From the NCBI GenBank assembly GCA_036504835.1, contig DASXUM010000029.1, forward strand, positions 1,848 to 65,847: a stretch of DNA of 64,000 bases, written 5' to 3'. The position numbers and the translations under genes are program-made. The DNA is from Candidatus Nanopelagicaceae bacterium (GTDB lineage Bacteria > Actinomycetota > Actinomycetes > Nanopelagicales > Nanopelagicaceae). Under the pieces are notes generated by a model that was given only the letters and a program-made list of their open reading frames with translations, searched no databases and had not been told where the DNA came from. Below, in pieces: positions 48,703 through 58,992 of this stretch (its first letter is position 1; each line of letters starts with the position of its first letter).

Positions 48703-49308
48703 TCATTTTTTCTCGCGCTGCATTGATGGCAGGATCTTCTCCCATACGTACTCAACTTCACGCAATAAGTCATCAGTGGTCCCATTGTTGGCTATTACAT
48801 ACCCAGCCACTGACATTCTCTCCTCGGGAGTTGCCTGAGCGCGTATCCGCGCCTCTATCTCAGAGGGCAGCATCCCCCGTTGCTTCAACCGATCCGAGCG
48901 CACAGGTAATTCAGATTCGACGGTGATAATGAAATCGAAGCGCTCAGCCGCACCGGTCTCCGCAAGGAGCGGGATCTCATAAACCAGAACGTCGTCGCCG
49001 CTGAGATTCTTTGCCGCCGTCTCAAAGGCTGCTCGCACCAGAGGATGAATGATCGCCTCAAGCTTGGCCCGCTCGGCCGTATCGCTGAACACCTTAGCCG
49101 CAAGTGCCCTTCGATCGATTTCCCCGTCGCGCAACACCGCGTCCCCGAAAGTGGCAACCACCTGGTCGAAGCCAGGTGTGCCGCGTTCGATCACTTGGCG
49201 TGAGAGTTCATCGGCATCCATTACCTTCGCACCGAGGTCAGCGAAGTACTCCCCGACAAGGGATTTGCCAGAGCCAATTCCGCCGGTGAGACCCACAACT
49301 AACGCCAC
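48703..49308 (-). CDS. coaE: dephospho-CoA kinase
   Basis: GLTGGIGSGKS P-loop, 201 aa. Confidence 0.92.
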   Translation of the reverse strand: MALVVGLTGGIGSGKSLVGEYFADLGAKVMDADELSRQVIERGTPGFDQVVATFGDAVLRDGEIDRRALAAKVFSDTAERAKLEAIIHPLVRAAFETAAKNLSGDDVLVYEIPLLAETGAAERFDFIITVESELPVRSDRLKQRGMLPSEIEARIRAQATPEERMSVAGYVIANNGTTDDLLREVEYVWEKILPSMQREKK

Positions 49309-49336
49309 AATACGACCCTAGCCTTTCCTCGGTAAT

Positions 49337-49371
49337 GAAGAAACCGACCCCGAGATTTCTCTCGAGGCCGG
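49337..49371 (-). terminator. intrinsic terminator after rpsA
   Basis: The minus strand reads CCGGCCTCGAGA-GAAA-TCTCGGGGTCGG, a 12-bp stem with two G-U pairs and a GNRA-like loop. TTTCTTC follows, and the hairpin starts 24 nt after the rpsA stop. Confidence 0.6.
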
Positions 49372-49394
49372 CTCTACTGCGAACTAAGTGCGAA

Positions 49395-50750
49395 CTATTC
49401 GACAACCTCGACGGCTGGTTCGGTCGCAGCAGCGGCGTCGGCAGCACGTGCCTCTTCCTTCTGCTTCTTGTGAGCCATAAAGCGCATCTGAGCTTCAGCG
49501 TACTGACGCTCCCACTCTTCACGCTGTGCTTCGTATCCAGGCTTCCACTCTTGGGATTCTGGATCGAAACCTTCTGGGTAGATGAAGTTGCCCTCTGCGT
49601 CATAGCGAGCAGCCATGCCGTATTGGGTTGGATCGAATGCTTCGATCTCAACTTCATGTCCTTCATTGGCCTGCTTCAGCGAAAGTGAGATGCGACGGCG
49701 CTCGAGGTCAATGTCGATGATCTTGACGAACAACTCGTCGCCGACCTGAACAACCTGCTCTGGAATTTCAACGTGGCGCTCGGCCAACTCAGAAATGTGA
49801 ACAAGTCCTTCGATTCCCTCGTGAACGCGGATGAAGGCACCGAATGGAACCAACTTCGTCACCTGGCCAGGAACAACCTGGTTAATGGTGTGCGTACGAG
49901 CAAATGCTTGCCATGGATCTTCTTGGGTTGCCTTCAACGAAAGCGAAACGCGCTCGCGTTCAAAATCAACTTCGAGAACTTCTACAGTCACTTCGTCGCC
50001 AACTTCGACAACTTCACCTGGGTGGTCGATGTGCTTCCACGAGAGTTCAGATACGTGAACAAGTCCGTCTACTCCGCCAAGGTCGACGAAAGCACCAAAG
50101 TTGACGATCGATGAAACGACACCGGTGCGAACTTGGCCCTTCTGCAACTGGTTGAGGAAGGTTGTGCGGGATTCCGACTGAGTCTGCTCGAGGTAAGCGC
50201 GACGTGAGAGCACAACGTTGTTGCGATTCTTATCGAGCTCGATGATGCGGGCTTCAACCTGCTTGCCGATATACGGGGTCAAGTCACGGACGCGTCGCAT
50301 TTCAACCAGAGATGCTGGGAGGAAGCCACGTAGGCCGATGTCGACGATGAGTCCGCCCTTGACTACTTCAATAACAGTTCCGACGACAACTTCGTCGCGC
50401 TCCTTCTTGCCTTCGATCTCTCCCCAGGCGCGCTCGTATTGTGCACGCTTCTTGGAAAGGATCAGGCGGCCTTCTTTGTCTTCTTTCTGAAGTACAAGAG
50501 CTTCGATCTTCTCGCCGACTTTGACGATCTCGCTTGGATCGACGTCGTGGCGGATGGAGAGCTCACGGGAAGGAATGACTCCCTCGGTCTTGTATCCAAT
50601 ATCCACCAGCACTTCGTCGCGATCTACCTGAACGACGATGCCTTCAACCAAGTCGCCATCGTTGAAGTTGCGGATGGTGCCTTCGATTGCGGCCATAAAG
50701 TCCGCGGCTGTGCCAATATCATTTACTGCTATTACTGGTGAGGTACTCAA
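49395..50750 (-). CDS. rpsA: 30S ribosomal protein S1
   Basis: Repeated S1 OB-fold domains (four clear repeats) and an acidic C-terminal tail, 451 aa. Confidence 0.96.
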   Translation of the reverse strand: MSTSPVIAVNDIGTAADFMAAIEGTIRNFNDGDLVEGIVVQVDRDEVLVDIGYKTEGVIPSRELSIRHDVDPSEIVKVGEKIEALVLQKEDKEGRLILSKKRAQYERAWGEIEGKKERDEVVVGTVIEVVKGGLIVDIGLRGFLPASLVEMRRVRDLTPYIGKQVEARIIELDKNRNNVVLSRRAYLEQTQSESRTTFLNQLQKGQVRTGVVSSIVNFGAFVDLGGVDGLVHVSELSWKHIDHPGEVVEVGDEVTVEVLEVDFERERVSLSLKATQEDPWQAFARTHTINQVVPGQVTKLVPFGAFIRVHEGIEGLVHISELAERHVEIPEQVVQVGDELFVKIIDIDLERRRISLSLKQANEGHEVEIEAFDPTQYGMAARYDAEGNFIYPEGFDPESQEWKPGYEAQREEWERQYAEAQMRFMAHKKQKEEARAADAAAATEPAVEVVE

Positions 50751-50880
50751 GTTGCTCCGTAGGGATAGAAAATAGTAGGAATAGGGCTGCTAAGGGTACG
50801 GTTTGGCGGCAATCTGGGTCAATTCGAGTGCGATTTGCCCCGCCTTGCGCATGGGGTAGCCCATTAGACTTAACAATCCT

Positions 50881-52107
50881 ATGAATCGATACCGGGAACT
50901 ACTGCGCCTTTCCCACGTGAAAACCCTCATTCTGAGCGCATTTCCCTCTCGAATGGCCTATGGCATGGTCGGGCTCTCAATCTTCTTCAAGACGATCCAT
51001 GAGACAAATTCCATCCCCCTCGCTGGCTTAGCGATCGGACTGAACTCCCTCTCGGGCTCTTTCACATCAGGTGTTCGCGGCTCAATCATCGACCGATACG
51101 GTCAGAAGTGGCCGATCCGCGTTTTCGTTCCGGCCTACGTGACCATGCTCCTTATTCTCAACATGAGTCATGCCGCCAAGTCCATCCTCGTCCTTGCGTT
51201 CATCCTGGGATTTACGGCACCTCCCATCAACCTCTCGGTGCGGCCAATCTGGAAATCGATCGTGCCGCCACATGTGTTGCGCACTGCTTACGCGTTAGAC
51301 ACCTCGATGATCAACGCCTCAGCGGTGATCGGCCCGATTCTGGCGACCACTCTCGCGCTCTCCTCGCGTCCCGAAAGCGCCCTCATCCTCTGTGCGGCGT
51401 TGATGCTCACCGGCGGAATCGCCCTCAATTTCAATACCGCCGTACATGACTGGAAGCCTGAAAAGAAAGAAAGCGGTTCTACCCCTTTGTGGAAACACCC
51501 GGCCATGTTGCTCCTCATGTTTGAGGGATGCTTCATTGGTTTTGGATGGGGTGCATTCAATGTCGGCGTCCCTGCCTTCGCCACCTTGCAACACGTGCCT
51601 CACCGCACGGCGTGGATTCTGAGCGCAATGGGGGTTGCCAACATTGTCGGCGGACTGCTCGGCGGGCTTGTCTCGCGAAGATCCTCTCCATTAAAAGCCA
51701 TGTTGACCACCTATGGATTCTGGTTCCTCGTCTCCCTTCCCCTGGCGTTCACCCGCCCTGACTGGACGATGGCACTGGTTGGAGTATTCATTGGTTTATG
51801 TGGGGGCGCTCTGCAGGTCTTCTACTGGGAGGTGATGGAAGCAGTTCGCCCGCGCGGTAGTGCGACAGCATCCATGGGATGGCTTTGGACTGTCGAGGGT
51901 TCGCTCATGGCCTTGGGCTCTGCAGCAGGTGGATGGATCTCAAAGGCCTTCTCCCCACAAATTTGTCTCGGAATTACGACAATCTCAGTTGGGTGTGGAC
52001 TTACGATCCTCACTCTCGGACGCAATCGCCTAGCAGCAGCAAGGTCTATTCCAAGCCAGCAGGAAGATCTACTTGCCATGGAGGACAACGCTTCACCAAG
52101 TCAGTAG
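50881..52107 (+). CDS. MFS transporter (substrate unknown)
   Basis: 408 aa, about 12 hydrophobic segments, Arg/Gly-rich loop after TM2 (GSIIDRYGQKWP). Confidence 0.8.
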   Translation: MNRYRELLRLSHVKTLILSAFPSRMAYGMVGLSIFFKTIHETNSIPLAGLAIGLNSLSGSFTSGVRGSIIDRYGQKWPIRVFVPAYVTMLLILNMSHAAKSILVLAFILGFTAPPINLSVRPIWKSIVPPHVLRTAYALDTSMINASAVIGPILATTLALSSRPESALILCAALMLTGGIALNFNTAVHDWKPEKKESGSTPLWKHPAMLLLMFEGCFIGFGWGAFNVGVPAFATLQHVPHRTAWILSAMGVANIVGGLLGGLVSRRSSPLKAMLTTYGFWFLVSLPLAFTRPDWTMALVGVFIGLCGGALQVFYWEVMEAVRPRGSATASMGWLWTVEGSLMALGSAAGGWISKAFSPQICLGITTISVGCGLTILTLGRNRLAAARSIPSQQEDLLAMEDNASPSQ

Positions 52108-52114
52108 ACAATTC

Positions 52115-54706
52115 TTAGTGTGCGGCCTCGTTCCAGCTCTTTCCAATTCCCACACTCACTTCCAGTGGCGCCTTCAAGGGATAGGCAGAACCCATGGCTT
52201 TGCGAACTACGTCAGTCAAAACAGCTTCTTCACCGTTGACAACCTCAAAAATCAATTCATCGTGGACTTGAAGAAGAAGTCGTGATTTCAACTTCGCGGA
52301 GAAGATAGCTTCGTCGACATTCAACATAGCTTGCTTGATGATGTCAGCTGCAGAGCCCTGTATCGGAGCATTAAGAGCCATCCTCTCGGCGACTTCCCTC
52401 CGCTGGCGATTATCATTTAGCAAATCAGGCAAGTAACGACGACGCCCCATGATTGTTTCGGTGTAGCCGACTTTTCTAGCTTGTTCGACAACGGTCTTCA
52501 AGTAGTCCCTGATCCCGCCAAAACGTTCGAAGTACTTGTCCATAAGGGTCTGCGCCTCTGGCGGCGAAATTCCCAGTTGCGCGGCAAGACCAAATGATGA
52601 AAGTCCGTATGCCAATCCATATGACATCGCTTTAATCTGCCTGCGCATTTCCGGAGTCACGTGCGCGGCATCCACACTGAAGACTTCACTTGCCACAGTG
52701 GAATGCAGGTCCTCCCCCTTTGTGAAGGCAGCAAGCAAATGCTCATCATGCGACAAGTGCGCCATGATGCGCATTTCAATCTGACTGTAGTCAGCGGTGA
52801 GTAGTGAATCGAATCCCTTGCCAGCCACGAAACACTCTCTGATTCGGCGCCCTTCCTCCGTCCGCACCGGAATATTCTGCAAGTTAGGACCGGTTGACGA
52901 GAGCCGTCCCGTAGCAGCGACAGTCTGCTGAAAATGCGTATGTATACGGCCATCACCTGATACTTCGCTGATGAGGCCCTCGACTGTCGTTCGCAGTTTG
53001 TTGGTCTCACGAATCCGCAACAGGTGAGCGAGTGCAGGGTGTTGTGTCGTCTGCGAGAGCCACTCAAGTGACTCCGCATCCGTGGTGTAACCCGTCTTGA
53101 TCTTCTTGGTCTTGGGCAACTTCAATTCGTCAAAGAGAATCACCTGAAGTTGCTTCGGAGATGCGACATTGAACTCATGGCCGACCGCCTCGTAAGTCGC
53201 CTTAGTCTCTCTATCCACCTCATTCGCGAAGAAATCTCGGAGTGAAGACAATTTCTTCTTGTCGACAGCAATGCCCAGACGTTCCATCCTGGCAAGCAAC
53301 TCAGCAATGGGAAGCTCTAGGTCTTTGTAGAGTCCCAACACGTTTCGCTCTTTGAGTTCTTCTTCAAGGGAAGCCCTCAGATTGAAGAGTGCCATTGCAC
53401 CTTGGACCAAAGCCTTCTCGGAATCCTCTGATGGGATGGCCATACCATCACCCCAGCGAGTGACAATATCGCTCAACTCCTGTGCGCGGACTCCGGGGTT
53501 GATTACATAGGCTGCTAACGAAGTGTCAAACAAGATCCCTTCGATTGGGACTACCCGTGCCAGACTTTTAGCATCATGCAACACTTTGCCGATCTTCGGA
53601 TCTACCGCCCAATCTCCTACCTGCGAAGAGTGGACGAGGTAAGCCTCCGTCGGCGATAGTGCAACTGCGTAGCGATGGAGCTTCTCATCGACCACTTCGA
53701 ATGTGATTGCAATTTCCCCGCTATGCGAAGAAATCTTTTCACTCACATGTTGCGGCGTAAGGAGCTCAAGATCCGGGTCAAATTGCAGCATCATCAAAGG
53801 TTCGGCCGCGGCAGACTTGGATGTGGCCTCTTTAGCCGCGAAGGGCTTGACTCGATCCTTTAGTGTCCGAAACTCAAGTAGGTCAAATAGAGGGAGAAGT
53901 TTTGTCTCGTCGATGCCATTCCAGGTGAGATCTTCGATCTCTTTCTTGATCGGCACATCGTGATGAAGTTGGGTTAGTTCGCGATTTCGAAGGACAATAT
54001 CGATGTTGCTTCGCAGTGAATCCCCAACTTTCCCGGAGATCTTGTCGATGTTGGCGATGAGTTGGGCAACATTTCCGTACTCAACAATCCACTTAGCAGC
54101 GGTCTTCTCGCCTACCCCTGGCACGGAAGGGAGGTTGTCACTGGGGTCGCCTCGCAGAGCCGCAAATTCAGGATAGCTAGCAGGCGGCATTCCATATTTG
54201 TCAAAGACTGCCTTCGGCGTCATCCGAGCGAGGTCACTGACACCTTTCTTGGGGTAAAGAACCGTTATCTTCTCCGTCACCAGTTGAAAGCAGTCTCGGT
54301 CTCCCGAGCAGATGACTACTTCCATGCCTTCTTTCTCCGCGTGAGAGGCCAGTGTGGCAAGGATGTCGTCGGCTTCAAAACCTTCTAACTCGAATTGAGA
54401 GATACCGAATGCGCTGACCAAATCATGCAGATACGACATCTGCGATCGAAATTCATCTGGCGTTGCGGCGCGTGTGGCTTTGTACTCTGGGTATTTCTCG
54501 GTACGGAAAGTCTTTCTCGAAACGTCAAAGGCGACTGCGATGTGGGTGGGCTTCTCATCACGAAGCAGGGAAATCAACATAGTCGCGAAGCCGTATATCG
54601 CGTTTGTGTGCTGACCTGTGGCAGTAGTGAAATTCTCGGCTGGAAGCGCGAAAAAAGCCCGGTAGGCCATGGAATGCCCATCGATTAATAGCAAGCGTTG
54701 ACCCAT
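52115..54706 (-). CDS. polA: DNA polymerase I
   Basis: 5' nuclease N-terminus (LLLIDGHSMAYRAFFAL), polymerase motif A DYSQIEMR and motif C QVHDEL. I place the start at MGQRLLLIDG (54706). The tracked 69-aa extension is non-conserved. Confidence 0.95.
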   Translation of the reverse strand: MGQRLLLIDGHSMAYRAFFALPAENFTTATGQHTNAIYGFATMLISLLRDEKPTHIAVAFDVSRKTFRTEKYPEYKATRAATPDEFRSQMSYLHDLVSAFGISQFELEGFEADDILATLASHAEKEGMEVVICSGDRDCFQLVTEKITVLYPKKGVSDLARMTPKAVFDKYGMPPASYPEFAALRGDPSDNLPSVPGVGEKTAAKWIVEYGNVAQLIANIDKISGKVGDSLRSNIDIVLRNRELTQLHHDVPIKKEIEDLTWNGIDETKLLPLFDLLEFRTLKDRVKPFAAKEATSKSAAAEPLMMLQFDPDLELLTPQHVSEKISSHSGEIAITFEVVDEKLHRYAVALSPTEAYLVHSSQVGDWAVDPKIGKVLHDAKSLARVVPIEGILFDTSLAAYVINPGVRAQELSDIVTRWGDGMAIPSEDSEKALVQGAMALFNLRASLEEELKERNVLGLYKDLELPIAELLARMERLGIAVDKKKLSSLRDFFANEVDRETKATYEAVGHEFNVASPKQLQVILFDELKLPKTKKIKTGYTTDAESLEWLSQTTQHPALAHLLRIRETNKLRTTVEGLISEVSGDGRIHTHFQQTVAATGRLSSTGPNLQNIPVRTEEGRRIRECFVAGKGFDSLLTADYSQIEMRIMAHLSHDEHLLAAFTKGEDLHSTVASEVFSVDAAHVTPEMRRQIKAMSYGLAYGLSSFGLAAQLGISPPEAQTLMDKYFERFGGIRDYLKTVVEQARKVGYTETIMGRRRYLPDLLNDNRQRREVAERMALNAPIQGSAADIIKQAMLNVDEAIFSAKLKSRLLLQVHDELIFEVVNGEEAVLTDVVRKAMGSAYPLKAPLEVSVGIGKSWNEAAH

Positions 54707-54740
54707 GTTCCGCAGTCTATTCCAGATACACTTTCTGTTT

Positions 54741-55160
54741 ATGAGCGAAGACGCACAAATTGATTTCATGAAGCTGCTCGGGGTACGTGGAGCAGGAGCC
54801 CTAGACGAAAAAATGGGAATTCGGATTATCGAAGCATCACCGAAACGCCTGGTTGCGACGATGCCGGTAGAAGGGAACACCCAAGCAGTCGGACTCCTCC
54901 ACGGCGGTGCCAACGTGGTCCTTGCAGAGAGTCTTGGATCAATCGGGACCGCTCTTCATGCCGGACTCAATAGACGCATTGTCGGCGTGGACATCAATGC
55001 CACTCACCATAGATCCGTCACGAAAGGCACGGTCACCGCGGTTGCCACACCGATCACTCTTGGCAAGACTCTTTGTTGTTACGAGGTCGTGATCTCCGAT
55101 GAAGAAGGAAATCGCACCTGCACCGCCAGAATCACCTGTTTGATTCTGGCGCAGCGCTAA
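54741..55160 (+). CDS. PaaI/YbgC-like hotdog-fold thioesterase
   Basis: LLHGGANVVLAESLGS core, about 139 aa from ATG 54741. The start is uncertain: 54705 and 54768 are also possible, and none has a clear SD. Confidence 0.75.
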   Translation: MSEDAQIDFMKLLGVRGAGALDEKMGIRIIEASPKRLVATMPVEGNTQAVGLLHGGANVVLAESLGSIGTALHAGLNRRIVGVDINATHHRSVTKGTVTAVATPITLGKTLCCYEVVISDEEGNRTCTARITCLILAQR

Positions 55161-55170
55161 AAAGGAGCAA

Positions 55171-55884
55171 CTATCCGCCCAGGTACGCTTTTGTGACTGC
55201 CTCGTCTTTCGCAAGATCGGATGCTTTGCCACTCATCTTGATGACGCCAGATTCCAATACGTAGGCTCGATCGGCAACATCTAGCGCGGCGGCGGCGTTC
55301 TGCTCAATGAGCAAGATGGTGATGCCTTGTTCGCGAATCTTTACGATGGTCTCAAAAATCATGTCAACAAGAACTGGCGCGAGTCCCATCGATGGCTCAT
55401 CCAGCAGCAACAATTTAGGAGCACCCATCATCGCGCGAGCCACCGCCAACATCTGCTGTTCTCCGCCGGACATTGTGCCGCCCTTTTGCTCGTAACGTTC
55501 ACGAAGGCGTGGGAATAGGTCAAGGACCCGCTCCCGGTCGGCCTCAATCTCAGTCTTGTCATTGCGCAAGAAAGCACCCAGATCGAGATTTTCACGAACT
55601 GACATACGGGGAAATATTCTCCGACCTTCTGGAGATTGACATAATCCCTTAGCCACAATCTCGTGACCTTCTTTGCCGTCAATGCGTTCACCGGCAAAAG
55701 TGATTGTTCCAGCCTTCGGCTTCAATAGTCCTGAAATAGTCCGCAAGGTGGTGGATTTGCCTGCACCATTCGAACCAATCAGAGTGACAATCTCACCCTG
55801 GTTCACCGTCAATGAAACATCCTTGACGGCGACGATCGAACCATAGGCAACCTTAAGATCCTTAACTTCAAGAAGGGCACTCAT
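55171..55884 (-). CDS. livF: branched-chain amino acid ABC transporter ATPase (LivF type)
   Basis: GSNGAGKSTT, MSGGEQQML, LLLDEPS, 237 aa. Confidence 0.9.
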   Translation of the reverse strand: MSALLEVKDLKVAYGSIVAVKDVSLTVNQGEIVTLIGSNGAGKSTTLRTISGLLKPKAGTITFAGERIDGKEGHEIVAKGLCQSPEGRRIFPRMSVRENLDLGAFLRNDKTEIEADRERVLDLFPRLRERYEQKGGTMSGGEQQMLAVARAMMGAPKLLLLDEPSMGLAPVLVDMIFETIVKIREQGITILLIEQNAAAALDVADRAYVLESGVIKMSGKASDLAKDEAVTKAYLGG

Positions 55885-56660
55885 GCTCTTTCTCCCTTCG
55901 CTTTACCAAGATAGGCCTCAATCACGCGCTGATTGGATTTGATATCAGCCGGCGATCCCTCTGCAATCTTCTCCCCCTGCTCGAGAACGGTAATTCGCTC
56001 GGATACGGACATCACTACGCTCATGTCATGCTCGATCAACAACACCGAGACACTTTGCTCATCCCGCACCTTGTACACGAAATCGATGAAAGTAAGTGAC
56101 TCCTGCGGATTCATTCCGGCAGTTGGTTCATCCAAAAGCAACACCTTTGGTTTTAAAGCCAGCGCTCGAGCCACTTCCAAGCGGCGTTGATCGCCGTAGG
56201 AGAGGTTTCTTGCATATTCCCCCGCCCATTTGCCAATACCTACGAAGTTCAAGAGTTCGCGCGCCTGCTCTCGCGCTTCTCTCTCCTCTCGTCGTTGGCT
56301 CGGAGTCCGAAAAATCGTCGACAAGATTCCGGCTTTCAAATGTGAATGCATCGCCACCATCACATTCTCTTCCGCGGTCATCAGTCCAAAGAGTCGAATA
56401 TTCTGGAACGTTCGGGCTAACCCGCCCGCTGCGATCTTGTGAGGTGGACGGGCGGTGATGTCGACATCTCCAAACATCACAGTGCCACTTGTGGGTTTAT
56501 AGAGACCCGTTAGTACATTGAAGAAAGTCGTCTTGCCGGCGCCATTTGGTCCAATCAGGCTGACAATCCCACCTTCAGGAATATCGAAGGAAACCGAATT
56601 CACCGCAACCAGTCCACCGAATTTGACCGTTATGTTTTGAGCATCAAGAGCGAGTGCCAT
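55881..56660 (-). CDS. livG: branched-chain amino acid ABC transporter ATPase (LivG type)
   Basis: GPNGAGKTTF, LSYGDQRRLE, LLLDEPTAG, 259 aa. Confidence 0.9.
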   Translation of the reverse strand: MALALDAQNITVKFGGLVAVNSVSFDIPEGGIVSLIGPNGAGKTTFFNVLTGLYKPTSGTVMFGDVDITARPPHKIAAGGLARTFQNIRLFGLMTAEENVMVAMHSHLKAGILSTIFRTPSQRREEREAREQARELLNFVGIGKWAGEYARNLSYGDQRRLEVARALALKPKVLLLDEPTAGMNPQESLTFIDFVYKVRDEQSVSVLLIEHDMSVVMSVSERITVLEQGEKIAEGSPADIKSNQRVIEAYLGKAKGERA

Positions 56661-57844
56661 CAGTGGACGCCTCCAACATTGCTGGCACTGTCATCAGCTT
56701 CATGGAGAATAGCCTTCAACCGGGACTCTGGTATAAGGCCCTCGCGCTTAAAGAGCATCATTAACACGAGCGCTCCTCCGAAGAGTAAGAAGTTGTATGA
56801 AGGGAAATTGATTGTGGTGTGGAATGTGTTGTTCACTAGATCGCCAAATGCAGGAAGTCCAGTGGAGTTGATCCAAGCGATGAGCAGGGCACCGACCATC
56901 ACGCCCCACACATTGCCCATGCCGCCTAGAACAATCATTGCCAGAAGAATTATCGAAATCGAGAAATTGAACCGGTCTGCGAAAACACCTCCTACGTGGG
57001 TGGAGTATGCAACGCCGCCGATTCCGCCCGAAAACGCGCCAACTGCGTAAGCAGATAATTTGGTGCGCATAAGTGGCACGCCCATCATGCTGGCGGCCAA
57101 TTCGTCTTCGCGAATAGCTAACCAGGCCCTACCCAGACGTCCAGATCGCAACCGTAAGGACATGAATACCATGAACGCTGTAAGCGCGACGAAGATAAAA
57201 AATTTCCAACTAAAGTCGAATGGGCTCAAGGACTTGCCCGGGACGCCAATGTTGTCGACCGGCGAAATGCCCTGAGTTCCATTGGTGAGGTTGAAACCAC
57301 CGATGTTCGACCCGTTGACGAAGAATTGAGGGATGATTTCACCAAACCCGAGGGTGACCAGGGCCAAGTAGTCGCTTTTCAGACGCAGCGTCGGAGCACC
57401 GATAATTAAACCGAAGAATGCGCAAATCAGGCCGCCAATGAAGATGACTCCCCAGAAGCTGATATGAATGCCAGGGAGGGCTTTTGGCGACGTGCTGAAG
57501 AAATGAAAATTAACCTGGCGAAAGAAAGCTGACATAAACCAGCCTGCGCTGTAGCCGCCAATTGCCCAGAACGCCACGAAACCAAGATCGAGCAGGCCTG
57601 CGTAGCCAACCACAATGTTCAAGCCCAAGGCGCAAATCACCCAGACGAGTGCCTCATTCAAGGACGTTGGAGGGAACCAGTTCTGGACAATAGTCTGCAA
57701 GCCCTCCGGGAGGCGAACCATGATGTAGGTGTAGAACACCCAGATCGCGACAGCAGCAACGATAAAGCCAATCGCCCAATTCCTCTGGCTGTTTGCATGC
57801 TTGGCTGTTTTACGGCTCTTCTTTACTACATTCGTTGTTGTCAT
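56660..57844 (-). CDS. livM: branched-chain amino acid ABC transporter permease (LivM type)
   Basis: Polytopic membrane protein, 394 aa, positioned between the LivH and LivG types. Confidence 0.88.
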   Translation of the reverse strand: MTTTNVVKKSRKTAKHANSQRNWAIGFIVAAVAIWVFYTYIMVRLPEGLQTIVQNWFPPTSLNEALVWVICALGLNIVVGYAGLLDLGFVAFWAIGGYSAGWFMSAFFRQVNFHFFSTSPKALPGIHISFWGVIFIGGLICAFFGLIIGAPTLRLKSDYLALVTLGFGEIIPQFFVNGSNIGGFNLTNGTQGISPVDNIGVPGKSLSPFDFSWKFFIFVALTAFMVFMSLRLRSGRLGRAWLAIREDELAASMMGVPLMRTKLSAYAVGAFSGGIGGVAYSTHVGGVFADRFNFSISIILLAMIVLGGMGNVWGVMVGALLIAWINSTGLPAFGDLVNNTFHTTINFPSYNFLLFGGALVLMMLFKREGLIPESRLKAILHEADDSASNVGGVH

Positions 57845-57845
57845 C

Positions 57846-58886
57846 TTAAACCTTCTCCGTCACTGTTTTACCAAGTAGCCCTGTCGGTTTGAACGCCATC
57901 AGGAGAATAAGAATTGAGAAGACCACGGTTTGCGACCATTGCTGTCCAAGGCCGATAGGCAAACCGTCATTTAGCCCTTGAATCAGTCCAATCAAGAGTG
58001 CACCCAGCACTGCGCCTTGCAGGTTTCCAATTCCGCCCATAACAGCAGATGTAAAGGCGATCAGACCGAGTTGGTATCCAAGATTGTAGGAAGTCAACCC
58101 TCGAGTTTGTTGAAAGAGCAGTCCGGCAGCGCCGGCTAGGGCGCCTCCAAGTGCAAAGGTAAAGGATATTGTGCGGTTTACATTGATCCCCATCAAGCGA
58201 GCCGCATCCTGATCTTGCGCCGTAGCACGCATCGCCTTCCCCTGCCGAGTCCGAGTAACGATCCAGGACATCAGCAGTAGAAGAGGCACGGTGACTACGA
58301 AGGAGATCACCGTCGTGTACGGAATCGAGACACCAGAAATTTCGAACTTGCCGTGCGGAAGGATGCTGTTCCAAGTTTTCTGGCCGGAACCATTCCAATG
58401 CAGTCCGATAAATTGAAGAATGAATGAAATACCTACTGCCGTAATCAATGGTGCCAGTTTCGGCGCGCGCCGTAATCGCCGGTAGGCAAACCTTTCTATA
58501 CCGACATTGATCGTCGCGGCGAAGGTCATGACAGCGAGAAGGCAGGCGAAAAAAATCCCTAAAGCCGCTGCACCCGTGTGGTTGTGTCCAAACCAGATGG
58601 AAATGAAGTTGGCAGAAAACACCGTCGCGAGCATGAATAGGTCGCCATGAGCAAAGTTGATCAGTTCGATGATTCCGTACACCAAGGTGTACCCCAAGGC
58701 AATAAGCGCGTACAAAACGCCGTTGCTCAAGCCGATGATGGATGCTTGGAAGAATTGGGAAGGGGATTTCACGAAATTTATTCCGAGCCAATAAAGAACG
58801 GCCACCGCCGCCACAGTGCCTAGGGATCTCTCAATGAGACGTCTTCGGTCTTGGCGAGCCTGGTACCCGGAGGCAAGAATTGTCAC
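57846..58886 (-). CDS. livH: branched-chain amino acid ABC transporter permease (LivH type)
   Basis: Polytopic membrane protein with the conserved INFAHGD motif, 346 aa. Confidence 0.88.
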   Translation of the reverse strand: MTILASGYQARQDRRRLIERSLGTVAAVAVLYWLGINFVKSPSQFFQASIIGLSNGVLYALIALGYTLVYGIIELINFAHGDLFMLATVFSANFISIWFGHNHTGAAALGIFFACLLAVMTFAATINVGIERFAYRRLRRAPKLAPLITAVGISFILQFIGLHWNGSGQKTWNSILPHGKFEISGVSIPYTTVISFVVTVPLLLLMSWIVTRTRQGKAMRATAQDQDAARLMGINVNRTISFTFALGGALAGAAGLLFQQTRGLTSYNLGYQLGLIAFTSAVMGGIGNLQGAVLGALLIGLIQGLNDGLPIGLGQQWSQTVVFSILILLMAFKPTGLLGKTVTEKV

Positions 58887-58992
58887 TCAAACTCCTTTAG
58901 ATGCTACGCAATAGTGGGCTCATGGTAATACACGATCAATTCGAAAGATATAAATTGGCAGATACTAACCGAGAGGAACGGTTCAACTCATG

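Noticed and set aside
57967-58791. 274-aa minus-strand ORF in an alternative frame of livH
   Set aside because: It overlaps the well-supported permease frame and its translation is Arg/Cys/His-rich nonsense. There is no independent start context.
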